Part shown: positions 22,201 to 34,800 of the stretch, piece by piece
Numbering within the stretch: the first letter of the stretch is position 1
How the letters are laid out: each line of letters starts with the position of its first letter
Assembly (NCBI GenBank): GCA_977030845.1
Contig: OZ365118.1
Span: 5,394,001-5,458,000 of the forward strand
Direction of reading: 5' to 3'
DNA length: 64,000 nucleotides
Source: Fimbriosthenelais zetlandica
Lineage: Eukaryota
The notes under the pieces: model-generated
Told to the model about the DNA's origin: nothing
Seen by the model: only the letters and a program-made list of their open reading frames with translations
Database searches by the model: none
Program-made: the position numbers and the translations under genes

Positions 22201-25200
22201 TCGCTATTTTATGATGTAAAGTATCCGGAATGACTATTGGCAGGAGGACGGGAGACGGGAGCTGGATGGAGAGGGTCCTGTGGTCTATTTGGAGATGGAG
22301 AGAGGGGGAGCGGGGATGGAGAGAGGGGGAGCGAGGGATGGAGAGAGTGGGAGCTGGGGATGGAGAGAGGGGGAAGTGGGAGACTAGGTGAGGGGGAGAT
22401 TGGATCAGGCATGCCAGGGAATACTATAAATACAAATCATTCCCAGAATACTGCCATGACAAGTGAGCCATGTACAGGAGAAGTGGTAGGAAACCTGATA
22501 GATAAGTAGTCAGATTACTGAACAAGGCTTGGTAATAAAAACTCAATATCTTTGCCTCTAGTACATGTCGCTGCAGCCATGTGTGATTGAACATCGAAGG
22601 AAAGTAGTCCGTGGGTTCGAATCCCCGATGGGGCAGCATTTTTGTTATGTCAAAACTTCTAAAAGTATACATAAAGATGGTGTAAAAATATATATTTAAA
22701 ATAGAAATTTTGTTACACTCAATAATTTTCTTAATAAATCTTGGCATCAAAATGTATAAAAAAATAACTGAAAGAATAGGGGTGAAGAGATAGGGGTGGG
22801 GAAGACAGGGATGGGGAAGACAAGGGTGGCGAAGACAGGGGTGGGGAAGACAGGGGTGGGGACGACAGGGGTGGGGCAGCATTTTTGTTATGTCAAAACT
22901 TCTAAAAGTATACATAAAGATGGTGTAAAAATATATATTTAAAATAGAAATTTTGTCTGTGTTAAACTAAATAATTTTCTTAATAAATCTTGGCATAAAA
23001 ATGTATAAAAATAACTGAAAGAATAGGGGTGAAGAGATAGGGGTGGGGAAGACAAGGGTGGGGACGACAGGGGTGGGGAAGACAGGGGTGGGGAAGATAG
23101 GGGTGGGGAAGACAAGGGTGGGGACTACAGGGGTGGTGGTTAGATTAGAGTAGAGGGAGAGTATAGGAGGAAGGCTGGGAGGTGTGTGATAGGTGATAGA
23201 GAGCCTATATGACTGATGGTCATTTCCCCTCATCAGATAAAACCATTCTTCACATCAAAGTAATGATCCCCATCAGTAGATGATCCCCCATCAGGCTGAG
23301 GTGTACATAGAGGTAATCCCTACTAATTAATCCCCACTGTACCTCCACTCTCACCCTACTTAACAGCTTAATACGTCCATCTAATATCAGTGTTCTTTGG
23401 TTCAATTAGGAGCGTTTAACTCTAGGTATTAACCCCTGCTTCAGAGAGATCGAGGGACAGAGAGCGGGAGGAAGAGAGAGAGAGAGAGAGAGAGAGGAAG
23501 AGAGACAGACAGAGAGAGGAAGAGAGAAAGACAGAGAGAGATAGAGAGGAAGAGATAGAAATAGAGAGAAAGAGAGAGATAGAGGGAGAATGAGAGAGCG
23601 AGATGGAGAGAGAAGAGAGAGAGAGAGCGAGAGAAGAGGTATAGGAGAGATTAAGAGAGGAAGAGAAAGAAGAGAGCAAGAGTAGGAAAAAAAGATACCA
23701 TTTCTTTATTAATGGCAGAAGGAATTGTGTAAGAAAATTCCATCCATACCAAATAGGTAGACATTGTTCATGTCTCGAGACTTCCCTCCACCAATCTTGT
23801 CATTCATTCTATGTATTTATTAGGGGATCTTCAGATGTTAAAGGCATGACCTTCCACAGACAATCTCATTAAAAGCCTTCTTCCTTACAATACAGAGAAA
23901 GTAATGTCACCCGCAAACGTGAGTCAAGCAATGGCATGTAATTAAATGGCAATTAATTTTCAAGACTCGCACTCATGGGAATGCCTGGCTTTTTTGCATT
24001 TCTGTTTTTCTTTTGCGTCCACCTATCCAAACAACAATTAATATAAACATTCTTTATACACAAACTGCAGCCCTTGGTTCGCAATCGGGGCACAAATATC
24101 ATTGAGGGCACCATGGTAAAAAATCAATTTAAGATTCAATTCAAGTGCATATAGGGATCGATTCCATTTGTTTCGTTTTTGTTTTTTAAGAAAAAAAATC
24201 TATGAAGGGATTGTGTGTTTGTGATTTGTCGAGGATTGCGTGACTGGGAACATGGGTGTCACTGTTTATCAGGAGAGGGTTTAGACAGGTCTGCCACATC
24301 GATTATAACCACCCCCCCCCCCGCCCCCCAGACCTGCTCTCAACAGTCAAACTATTTACCCATCAAAACTCCTTAATATATACAAATGAAAGGTATATGT
24401 ATTCTTCAGGATATTATAAATTTGGGTTTCATTCGCCATCCTTTTCCTAATATACAAGCTATCACTATCTGTGATATATTTTTATAAATATAGATATATA
24501 ACTGTTATATCAATATATCCATATATACCGATCATAGATCTGTGGATTTAAATTACCTTTAACATTCTGGAGGAACTGTCAATTTTTCAGTTAGTTATTT
24601 TCAAAGTTTTTGGGAGAGATTCTGAAGTTATCTCGCCAACATTCTTAATATTGCTGCGCCAAAACTCTGCTATAATTGGGGCATTCATACTTTGGATTGT
24701 GGACGTGCGATCATACTCGTGACTAGCCTAAATGTTACCGACAGAAAAACCTATTAGGAGAGAGAAGCTTATCACCTCTCTGCCTCTTTTTGCCAATGGC
24801 CAAACCCAATATAACGGCGAAGGTATCTCGTTTAGGCAGAGTGGAGAGAGGGAAACAATGATGGAGTTAGAGAGGGGGGGGGGAGGGAGAGGGAAGGGAG
24901 AGGGAGGGGGGATGGGTGAAGGCTGTAATCTAAGCAGGCTCTCTATGGTTCGGTAATGACAAGACTTTCTATCAACTAGTGACAGAGTTCATCACGTCTA
25001 CCATCCCACACTCAATAAGGCACAGACACAATTCATGTTTCTACTAACTATTCATCACCCAAACATATCAGTTATTAAAACTTAATTGCCACTGAGTAAT
25101 TGCCAAAATAGTACTGCATAGAAGTGGATATACAAATCCTAGTTAAATCGAAATATGCATTTAATATTTTCTCATGAGCCTAGCTATAACTCCTTATCAT

Positions 25201-28087
25201 GTCTAAAGATCATGAATAAAACAAAATTTAAATTGAGCTGAAATGGATAATATTCAGAGACAAGTGATTAATATAACAAATTGGGTTTCTGGCATGATTT
25301 CTTGGTCATTTTGCGGCTATTTCTGATACCTCTTGGCTATATAATGTCCCATAAATTGAATAATTTACTACTTGCAAAAAACCTTCATGGTCTTACGTAA
25401 TATTTTGTCTGACGATTAACAGATCATAGTACCTGGGGTAGAGGCATGGACACCCCATCTGACGTTCTTTCATGTTAGTAGAATCTTAGTGAATCCGCTT
25501 TCTTGGCCTATACCAGTGGGACATGTGGAGGAAGGTAAGAGTGGCCATAATAGGACATCACTGTCATAGCCATCAGCTGGCTGAGACGCGCCTATATTAC
25601 AACTATATGCCTCCCCACTTTATTATAGTTCTACTCATTAAACATCCATGATACAAAAATATTAAATTGATTAAAATTTAACCTCCTGCATGGAACTTCA
25701 TTTTTACAATTTCAGTTTCATCCATGATACACAAATGATATCAAATTGATTAAAATTAATCCTGCTTAGAACTGTATTTTTAACTTGAGTTCTCCTATAT
25801 AAATTGTATAGGTTTTCAAGTCAGATTTATTTTTTCAGGTCACCGATTAATTTTTAAATGCATCTTGGTTATTTCGATGGATATCTTTTGTTCTTTTAGG
25901 GTTCAATATCCATGACAATTTCACATGGGAGTATTTCTACTGTCCCCAAGTAAGTGGCAGAGATTAAGAAGACTTGCATGCAGGTACAATCGATCTTTTA
26001 AAAGTCGTCATGGCCTTGTCAGGGATAAAGAACTGTCAGTTCCACATGTTCCCAGTCTGATGTAATGTACATCAGCATTCACCATCCATCCTCCCCGCAA
26101 TCTGATATTGACAAATGAATCAGCAAGTAAATCCACCTAGACTTGTCAAAGTCCTGAGACTTCTTATACCAGGCCATCTTAATTACTGTCATCAGAAGAC
26201 AAGGGTGAACTCTGAGATGGAAGGACTCAATTGTAGACACTGAATAGAATTTGATTTTTTTAAATATGGGAATTGATAAGGGATAAATTAATATAAAAGT
26301 TCAAGTGACATCTAATTTATTTGTAATTCTTTTATCATAAAATAATCCCAAAAGATGAAATTAATATTTCTATGTGCTTAATTTAATTTTTATTATGAGG
26401 AGGCAAAATATTATTGGGAAATTTTAATTAAGATTTACTATGTATTTTCATAAAAATTATGTAATAGGGCCCTACCGCCAACCAAGGTAATGCGTACATG
26501 TACTTGGAGGTGGCAAAAGCAAGCTCCCCGCCCTTATACAGGGTTGAACTCGTGAATGTAAGTTTGTAACAGGTAAGTGTTCTAACCACTGACCCAAAGG
26601 GAGGGGGCTGAAAGCTAGTGAGGTCTTAGCTGACCAGGTCATTGAACACAGAGTCGAGGAGGGATCCAGGTCAACAGGGATCCAGGTCAAAGGGAATCCA
26701 GGTCAAGGCTGAAAGTGGACAACTGTATTGTTCTTAGTAGTCGATCAATATGTAATCCCCGATGGCCGAGTTGGTAGAGGACTCGCTTGGAATTGCGAGA
26801 GACCCGGGTTCGAATCCCGATCTGGACACTTGTACAAGTGACATTGCCTAAAAATGACTCTCTGTCCCAGATGCATGAAAATTTTTATTTTCCATGAAAT
26901 CATAAAAATGCATAGAAGCAGAGACCTATGGCAGGTCTTGCTGGTTTGGGGATATTGTCATTGGGACTCTCTTTGTGGATTCTTCTTTAAGTATTTCTGA
27001 ATGAGAGGGATGTAAAGGAAGGGTGTGAATTGACATGAAATGAGGCGCAGAGCGGTCGTACCAATATAACAATTCATCCCGCTTATAACAAGTCAGCCAG
27101 GATTCCTTATTGTCAGCTCAATGGTCACACGCTCGTCTTTTTATGATTAAATAAGATTCAATATCTGGGGATATTGGAGTGGGTGGGGGACTTATTTAAT
27201 TAGGACCAATAAAGGCCATGATTTTCACTCGTATGTAGGAGTTGTGTAACTTTCAATTGATATTTCACAAGGACAAATCTTAGTCCGATTGGAAAATCTT
27301 TCAAAACTCTGTTAGAATGGGTGAATTAATGAATATTGAGTTTCTTCCAGGGGTCATTATTTGTTAGTTGATTTGTCATTATGTTTTTTCTCCTTTATTT
27401 CTGACCAGCCTGATTGATACTTTAGGTCTGGCGGGTTTGAGTGAGGACACCGCGTGGAGGGGATGGGAACTACCACTCCTGGGTTAGAACGCGTCTGAGG
27501 GTGCTACTGTTATACTCCAGGTTATTAGGAAATGTTAAGTCCCAGGCCGGGAAGCGAACCCGGGCCTCTCGATAATCTACCACGGTTATTTTTGCTTTTT
27601 AGAAGTGTATTCATGTATAGAAGTTAAAATGCATTCAAGATTGGATTCAGGCTGAGGGAAAGTTGAGGACCCTCCTCCAACAATTACCGAAGTATTTGTA
27701 TAGCTCAATTATTTTTTTTGAGCTTTATTAATTTATACTGAATTTTCTAGGCGTTACCGTCGGTTTTCATCAAATTTCTGGTTGGGGGGGGGGGGGGGTA
27801 GGGGACTGGAACCCACCCCCTTTCTTATACATAAAATCCTGGATCTTCCGCTCCCCTACCACGATTTTACAGGATATTAAGAGCCAGAAATGTGAATTTA
27901 ATTAATTAATTTAAAACTCACGTGTATTTTGGATGATATCACATGTTTTACGGAGGAAGTCGCACGAGCCATCAGCCTCAGCGTTGGCCTCTTTAATCTG
28001 TAGCACCACCGAGCCATAGGACGGCTGATCCAGGCTGGCGTCCGCCGACCAGTCAGAGTGACACAGACTCCTCTCATCTTCCTGGGC
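15951..28087 (-). CDS. TMEM272: TMEM272-like multi-pass membrane protein; 4 exons identified, start exon unresolved
   Basis: Exons 27922-28087, 17459-17518, 17161-17267 and 15951-16289 splice in phase (672 nt including stop). Motifs MALPVTMVTMGVKYLHECPVEPKIPIYLLVGGCFG, FLFVWFVFGNYWV and WCDKTVYLFAF match the TMEM272 pattern (CP..P.IP.YLLVGG; WF..GNYWV; CDKT.YLFA) as I recall it. Confidence 0.85.
16375..16555. mobile_element. MITE family A copy 2 (internally deleted, 181 bp)
   Basis: Same termini AGCCGGGACTCCACTGCTGCGA / TCGCAGCAGTGGAGTCCCGGCT, flanks TAA/TTA. Confidence 0.85.
17161..17267 (-). CDS. TMEM272: TMEM272-like exon (VKYLHECPVEPKIPIYLLVGGCFGLLKVMSMLWKQ)
   Basis: ctcttttag|GA acceptor, CAG|gtaggt donor. 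Confidence 0.9.
17459..17518 (-). CDS. TMEM272: TMEM272-like 60-nt exon (AVTVILGVFMALPVTMVTM)
   Basis: gtttttacag|TG acceptor, ATGG|gttagt donor. Encodes TM1 leading into GVKYLHECP. Not in the ORF track. Confidence 0.85.
17500..18068. repeat. 58-bp tandem array (about 10 copies) containing the TMEM272-like acceptor plus 19 nt of exon
   Basis: Unit AATATCACTGTGACCGCCACTGTAAAAACAAGATGGAATGAGCATTACATTCATACAG. Acceptor CTG at 17519+58n up to 18041. Confidence 0.97.
18241..18302. repeat. (TCAA/TCAG)n microsatellite
   Basis: Direct inspection. Confidence 0.85.
18641..18833. mobile_element. MITE family A copy 3 (193 bp)
   Basis: Near-identical to copy 1 with small deletions, same orientation. Confidence 0.85.
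19228..19450. repeat. Diverged direct duplication (about 135-bp spacing)
   Basis: TAGCTCATCAATTATATCAATTACAA...ATATCCCTG...TCTGACTAAATTT occurs twice. Confidence 0.75.
20380..20444. mobile_element. Solo about 65-bp mini-foldback (same type as 58299 array)
   Basis: CCTGGGGCCCGTTTCAG...CTGAAACAGGCCCC. Confidence 0.55.
21925..22098. repeat. (GAGT)n-rich microsatellite
   Basis: Direct inspection. Confidence 0.9.
22603..22640 (+). mobile_element. SINE fragment (B box)
   Basis: GTCCGTGGGTTCGAATCCCCGATGGGGCAGCA, a T-arm-like sequence directly before the 243-bp duplication. Confidence 0.5.
22631..23135. repeat. About 243-bp tandem duplication with embedded 15-bp GGGGTGGGGAAGACA arrays
   Basis: GGGCAGCATTTTTGTTATGTCAAAACTTC at 22631 and 22874, each followed by an AT-rich body and a G-rich 15-mer array. 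Confidence 0.9.
23455..23690. repeat. (GA)n-rich microsatellite
   Basis: Direct inspection. Confidence 0.95.
26530..26605 (-). mobile_element. Degenerate tRNA-derived SINE head
   Basis: Minus strand GGGTCAGTGGTTAGAACAC (A box) ... GAGTTCAACCC (B box). Confidence 0.5.
26756..26828 (+). mobile_element. tRNA-derived SINE head or degenerate tRNA
   Basis: TGGCCGAGTTGGTAGAGG A box, CTCGC/GCGAG stem with 8-nt loop, CCGGGTTCGAATCCCG T arm. Acceptor stem has 3 mismatches. Confidence 0.7.
27541..27580 (-). mobile_element. SINE fragment (tRNA 3' half)
   Basis: Minus strand GAGGCCCGGGTTCGCTTCCCGGCCTGGGA. Confidence 0.5.
27922..28087 (-). CDS. TMEM272: TMEM272-like exon (AQEDERSL...SYGSVVLQIKEANAEADGSCDFLRKTCDIIQNT)
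   Basis: tttttatttgcag|GCC acceptor, ACAC|gtgagt phase-1 donor joining C|TG GCG at 17518. GC-rich open frame. Confidence 0.8.
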
Positions 28088-29129
28088 CTGCAAATAAAAA
28101 AAATAATAAACTTAAATTATTTAAAGCAGTTTCTAGATTAAAAAAGAAGAACTTCCATGGTGCCATTCCCACTATTATTAGGCTATCCCACTTCTTATTA
28201 GATTGTATTTCCCATTGATGCACACAAACACCAAATATTTAATACACGATTTAACCATAGATGGATATCAAACAAGTTAACTTGCTAATGAACAAGCAAG
28301 TTAACTGACTATCACTGACTATCACAGGAGGTTCTTATGACAAGCAACTGAGTTAGTTCCACGATTCTAATCCAGATGGCAGCACCGACCATCCTACCCA
28401 GCTAGTCCACCCCTCCTCTCCTTCCATGTATGTACATCTTATGTGTCCATATAGGTGAATGAGCTTCTAGTTCTACCCAGGAACATACAGAAATCTTCAG
28501 ATGAAGATAAAGTATTTTCATTCACAGATAATCCCAGGCCTCTCCGTGGGCTTGTCCCTTGTTGCTGGATGCAGCAGTGATGCTTGTCCCATGACTGTGC
28601 CCCATGTCAATCTCTGTCTCTGAGAGAGGACTCCCATTGTCTCCTCTCATACAATATGTATGTACTACTAGGTCCTATCCTCAAATCGTTCATCCTTCCA
28701 CACTCCCCCATCTCCCTTTAATAGTTTACACATAGACTGGGATATGAGGTGATAAGGAATAAGAAAACCGAGAGAAATGAAAAACGTTAAAACCAATTTA
28801 CTAGTTTTTCTATAAGTAAATATCACTGATTAACAAATGATATTTAGGGAGGAATATCATCTTTGAGCAGAACAGATTTTCCATTCCATCAGTCTATTCA
28901 ATGAACCCCTCTTAGCAAATGAGAATTGCTTATATGAATACTTATATTAAAGCCAAGACAGATCATAATAAATTGGCCAATTTTCCGTCAAAATTTAGCA
29001 CAAAAAAAGGACATCCATGCCCAGTTATTTTCAGCTGATTCTTCTACTGGTGGAACAATGAATGGGGTGTTATTGTAGATATTTAAATGAGGCATCACCA
29101 ACCCTGATTCATCTCTGTCTTATCTATCA

Positions 29130-29760
29130 AAAAGCTGTCATGGTGCATGTTGCGGCCATGTTTTAGCCACTGTAACCTCTGGTATGAGGGATGGTAACAT
29201 CTTGTATGTAGAAGACCTTGTTGGCATGCATGGGGTAATGTGAGTCCACCATTGTTACCAGATTGTCAGACATCCATCAGACTCGGGATTAAGATGACTA
29301 TTTGTTCCAGGAAATCGCCCAGCACCTGGTATCGCCACTTCTTTGTCAGTTCAGCCAGCAAGTGTTTGGTGCAGGCGTTCTTCTCCGTGTAAAGATGGGC
29401 GGGCAGGCGTGCCTTGTCCTTCAGCTGGTCTAAACCTCTTACACTGACCCCTTCCTCTTAAGCCTGGAACACACTAATCCCATTCTCTATCCGGCGCCAT
29501 CCGATAGCTGTCCGAAACTATATTTCTATTCACGCCAAATGTTTGTAATTTGAACAGACTTTTACACCTAGGTAAGGCTAACCACTGACAAAATTTAAAT
29601 CTTTAGATATCATTAGAAATAGGGTATCGGATGGCGACGGATTGGAGAATCGGATTAGTGTGTTCCAGGCCATACTTCCTATAGAAGGTCACTGAATCTT
29701 ATCACAGGCTCTGGCATTGTTCAGCTGCTGCTTGGCAAGTCAGTGGACTAGAGTTTGTCC
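29130..29760 (-). pseudogene. Degenerate coding relic of unknown family, interrupted by MITE B
   Basis: GC3-rich codon runs in shifting frames: LAKQQLNNARACDKIQ, then DQLKDKARLPAHLYTEKNACTKHLLAELTKKWRYQVLGDFLEQI, then MSDNLVTMVDSHYPMHANKVFYIQDV. Stops and frameshifts lie between them. Confidence 0.4.
29461..29671. mobile_element. MITE family B copy 2 (211 bp)
   Basis: TIR AGCCTGGAACACACTAATCC / GGATTAGTGTGTTCCAGGCC, subterminal CCATCCGATA inverted pair. Confidence 0.82.
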
Positions 29761-32700
29761 TGATTTTTAATTCTTTGTGGCTGCCTTTTTTTGTGTCTCT
29801 TTGCTTGTAGGCTACACAATTTCCATGCAAATTTATTCTGTCCATTGGAGAACATAGCTGACCTTTTCCAGAGAATTTCTGTATTGACATTTTTTGTAAA
29901 CGATACCAGCGTTTTCTCAGGCCGACCTTTTCATGAGAATCATTTATGTAGAAAATGTGACCCCAGACTTGTGCAAGATTTGGAATAATGAAATCCAAAT
30001 CCAAAATTCATTGCAAATCCATGTCCAAAAATGTCACCATAAGCCAATAATAAAATAGTCCATCACATATATTGGGAAAACCCTTGAGAGTTTTGTTAAA
30101 ATAGCTGAGGTCAGTGTCCTTCGATGACCTAAGTCATTCAACACCTCCTGAGACCTGGTGCCCCTATATACCCAGGTTGACAATTGGACATCGTGACATT
30201 TGCTCTCCTTCTCCTCCCCCCACACCTCCAACAAGAGACAAGAAGCTCGGGAGAGTCCAGCAGATCTCTAGGGAGTCGAGGGCAAATAGGGTCAGAAAAT
30301 AGATACAAAACAAATCAAAATCAAAATATTGATGGCCCATAAATATTTGAAAAGATGACATAGGAATGATAGAATATTCTAAGAATTTTCTAAGAAAGAT
30401 AATTGGTTGAATGGGGAAGACAGGCTCATTTTTAGTGTGATTAAATCTATAGAGTAAAGGACATGTAATTAGGGTTAAGGTATTGTTAAGACCTGCACAA
30501 TAAGGTCATGGTAGGGAAGGACAGGTGGGGTTGTGTCATTAAAGTGAGCATATTGCCCGAGCAGCTCCTTATACTGAATCATTTAATAGCTACCTCACCT
30601 AAAATGAGCAGAATAGCGAATGGAGGTCACCTCTGCATATATGAAGGTACACTTTCCCGAAGATTTAAAAAACACATTCAATGACTTTTCGGCACGTGAA
30701 TTGCTCATGCACTGAGGACTTCGCAGAAAATTTGCAATTCTCCGCATTGCAGCCATATTGCTCCATTCGCCTAGGCACCGAATCCCAGCCCAAAATAGTG
30801 AATGTGTTTGGCCAAGCTCAATACAGAAATACTATTATTGGTGGACAAAATCGCTGAGCTGTGTGGTTTTTATCAAATAAGGAAGTTCTACCAGAATAGG
30901 CACTGACCCCCAAGAGGAAAAACTCCATGGCTTGCTTTTCTTGCTATCATATTCCAACCCAGAGAGTGCCAACAATATCAAGCCTGCTTCAAAGGAGAAA
31001 ATCTCCATTCTTTGGAGTATAGCTGAATATGCAAGCCCCACCCAGTACTATTCAGAGCTGCAAACTGCGAATTCTATAGGCTACAGTGAATCCAGAGATT
31101 TCTATGATGTTATAAAATTAATAAATTTAGATGTATTTTATTGTTAACTTAGAACTTACTATGGTATTCTATAGGCACAGTGAGTGTTTAATATCTTGGA
31201 GTATATTGTCACTTGCAGATCAGAGATAGACTTGGTCTAAAGCCAACGCTCCAATAGAACTCTGTCGCAAAAAAGGTAGGATTTATAAGCTGTGAATTGA
31301 ATTGGCGATTGTCATTCCATCTCAATGGGGACCCTAGGGAGTCATTTTATCCCGTCTGCGACTATAGGCTGAATTGTCTGATATAGATCTATGGTCAGAC
31401 AAACAGTTTTCTGTGTAGTCTGAGTCTATTGGGTGAAATAGAAAGTCCATTACAGTCTCAGATTTCCATTGATCACAATCTAGTTTGTATTTGGTTATAA
31501 TATAATGAATTAAAGCGCTGTAAATTACTTAAATTAATTTGAATCAGTAACTCCTTCAGCATATCACTTTTAGGGCTATAATATAATTTGAGGTTTTATT
31601 TCTAAACTCAATTTCTTCCTGTTTCATTTGGGATGATGGGTCCAAACTCTAAGTAGCAAATCCAACTATCAAATATTAAGATATTTCACATTACAATATT
31701 GAAGGACAATCTAGCACTTAACAGGAACTTTCAAGGGGAGAGCGATAAGCAATAATGTCTTTACAATCCAGCATTTATTAATAGAATTTAACGCCCATCT
31801 TGAATGCCTCCAATCATTGGCCGGAATTAGGAGCGTCATTGGATGAGTCACAACGGCCTAGATGGGATTTATTTTAAGTGAGAAGCTTGTAATGTTTTGT
31901 CAGCAAAGTCTCTTAAACTCTTAAAGATCGCTCCTAATTTTACACCTCTCCCCATGTGACAATGAAATCTGCGCCTATTGGCTGACTAATCCAATGAATG
32001 GGATAAAGTGATGAAGCTACTTCAGTCTCCCGTCCTTCTCTCTCCCTCAATAACCTGGGCCATTACTGACAGTCACTGTAAGTGATTAAAACTGTCTTTT
32101 TGTGATTTCTGACATCGGTTCACTATTCTTTGTGCCCGTGTCACTCCTAATTAAGATAAGGTAATTTAGATTCCTCACCCAGAAAAAAACACTCATCTCT
32201 TTCTACTTGTGTTTAAATAATTTGTCCACCCACTTTCTCCCTTAAAATAGGCGGTATTGAGATGTGACTGCGAGAAAAAACCCATTAGTATGGTAACTGT
32301 AAGGATGGAAACTTCAGTAAATTCACGATCCAAAATCTGAGTAAACTTAAACAAACTTATTGGAGTCAGAATCCATGGGAGATTCTTGATTGCCGAGAGA
32401 TTGTCTCAGCATTTCAATCTATCTTCATTTACTTAAGTTCAGGGATATTTTGCATGGACATAAAACAAATTAATAGAATGGAAAGCTGACAGAATGGAAA
32501 GTTATTTTAATTAAATCCCAAGGTTTTGTAAGTCTCGCTGGGACGTTCAGTTGACGAACGTCAGTGACAATCTAATAAGGTAAATGCATCTTATAAGAAA
32601 GCCATCTCATATGAAAATTAAATCAGGGAAGAAGATGGTGAGAGATGGTATAGGAAGTATACGCCAGTCATGATTAGACTATAGTAGCGGGTCGTGGACG

Positions 32701-33637
32701 TGGGAAGAATCATATAATTATATCACATGTCTGGATGGGGGAGATGGTTGACACTTATTCTACCATAGTAATATCATGATCAGCTCTATGCCCTAATATC
32801 AATGACATCTTCAGCTTGTATATTAGAAAATAGGGGAAAATGAATAGGGGGTATTGATATAGGGGCAGATTCAGAGGGAGTGAGGATCCCAGGTCTTGAC
32901 TAAAATGTTTGTCACTCAAGTAATATTTCTGGCCAACAGCTCTGAACACACCCTCCTATTCATAATATAAGGTCGGGTTCCCTTCATATAGATGTATTTT
33001 TCGTCGCTAAAATAATATTTTGACCCTCACCTATTCAGGATAAACTTTCCACTAGGATAAGGATTCCACTAGGATAAGCTTAAAGTTTTTAATGAAATTT
33101 ACACCAAATATGTATTGCATTTTGTATATCATGATGTCATATAATAAAAAAAATAACCTAGGAAAAATATTTTGGGTGGGAATTCACGTTTGAACGTAAA
33201 AGATATATGTCTGAAGACTAGAGTGTGATGAATGAACGTCAATGGTATAGCCATCTATCACAATGCACCAGGCAGTTAGGGTGTGATTCAGTGCAGTTGA
33301 TGCATAGCTTACTGTACATGATTCACATACCAACCAAGGTTTCCCACCCACACCCAAGGACCTGTACATCACACACTAAGTGCTCTATAGGACCCCAGGT
33401 GTTACATGTTAACTTGTGTTTTACGATGTAGACAAAGTAAGAAAAATGACCAGTGAAAAGATATAGGGGAACTAATTCATATATATAGGAAGGACCAAGG
33501 ATATCTACTCCATTTGCTCCTGGACCTACTATGGAAATATTCTAGGCCATGGAAATGTTTCAATAGAATATTTTTTGCCTATGAACCTACTATGGGAGAA
33601 TATAGAGCATCTTTATAGAGCTGAATAATGTAGGTTA

Positions 33638-33846
33638 AACTGGGACACCACTGCTGCGATTTTGCTTGCGACACTACTGCGACAAACGTGATGCTTGTGA
33701 AGTTGTGTAAGAATAAAATTTATAAATTGTGGTTCAAGTGTCCAAGGCCTTAAGGCCGTCCTCCAATGGTAAATTTATCATTGAAACACAAGCATCACCT
33801 TTGTCGCAGACGTGTCGCAAACAAAATCGCAGCAGTGGAGTCCCGG
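33638..33846. mobile_element. MITE family A copy 4, fused at its right end to a foldback element
   Basis: Reverse orientation relative to copy 1. The right TIR ends GAGTCCCGG and runs directly into TGTACCAG. Confidence 0.85.
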
Positions 33847-34112
33847 TGTACCAGTTCTAACGTACCCCCTGTCTAATGTACCCCCCGGTATAATAAACCT
33901 AGGTCTAAGATACCGGGGGTAACTTTGGCCTGGGTGCAATATACCCCCGGGGGTACTTTAAACCTAGTTCCAATATACCCCCGCCAGTTTCAAGTTACCC
34001 CCGGGGGTATATTGAACCTAGGTTCAATATACCCCCAATATATGAATAAATTGTAATACTCCCTGGGGGTACACTAAACCTAGGCCGAATATACCCCCCT
34101 TCTGACTGAATA

Positions 34113-34521
34113 TTATGTTTGAAGTTATTCCCTGGGGGTACACTAAACCGAGGCCGAATATCCCCCCTTATGAATGTACATTATGTTTGAAGTTATTCCC
34201 TGGGGGTACACTAAACCTAGGCCGAATATACCCCCCTTATGAATGTACATTATGTTTGAAGTTATTCCCTGGGGGTACACTAAACCTAGGCCGAATATAC
34301 CCCCCTTATGAATGTACATTATGTTTGAAGTTATTCCCTGGGGGTACACTAAACCTAGGCCGAATATACCCCCCTTATGAATGTACATTATGTTTGAAGT
34401 TATTCCCTGGGGGTACACTAAACCTAGGCCGAATATACCCCCCTTATGAATGTACATTATGTTTGAAGTTATTCCCTGGGGGTAAACTAAACCTAGGCCG
34501 AATATACCCCCCTTATGAATG
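34113..34521. repeat. 69-bp tandem repeat, about 6 copies
   Basis: Unit TTATGTTTGAAGTTATTCCCTGGGGGTACACTAAACCTAGGCCGAATATACCCCCCTTATGAATGTACA starting at 34113, 34181, 34250, 34319, 34388, 34457. Confidence 0.95.
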
Positions 34522-34539
34522 TTGCAATTGCTATGTATC

Positions 34540-34800
34540 CTCGGGGGTACATTAGACCTAGGCTGAATGTACCCCCAGTACATTGAATCTCAATTGCAAG
34601 GTATCCCCCAGGGGGGGTACATTAGACCTAGGCTGAATGTACCCCCAGTACATTGAATCTCAATTGCAAGGTATCCTGGGGGGGGGGGGGGTACATTAGA
34701 CCTAGGCTGAATGTACCCCCAGTACATTGAATCTCAATTGCAAGGTATTCTCGGGGGTACATTAGACCTAGGCTGAATGTACCCCCAGTACCTACATATA
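34540..34800. repeat. About 65-72-bp tandem repeat, about 4 copies (second hairpin unit)
   Basis: GGGGGTACATTAGACCTAGGCTGAATGTACCCCCAGTACATTGAATCTCAATTGCAAGGTAT repeated with variable G-tract. Confidence 0.9.

Noticed and set aside
22424-23233. Pro-rich ORFs (PHPCLPHP..., PTPVFPTP...)
   Set aside because: Translations of the 15-bp G-rich repeat.
23422-23679. 85-aa Ser/Leu ORF
   Set aside because: (GA)n microsatellite.
26756-26828. Functional tRNA gene call
   Set aside because: 8-nt anticodon loop and three acceptor-stem mismatches; kept as SINE or pseudo-tRNA.
28527-28650. Short ORF MRGDNGSPLSETEIDMG... as TMEM272-like first exon
   Set aside because: Ends in a stop; the only nearby donor is weak and in the wrong phase.
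34115-34583. 146-aa ORFs on both strands
   Set aside because: Produced by the 69-bp (multiple of 3) tandem unit lacking stops; no splice or coding context.
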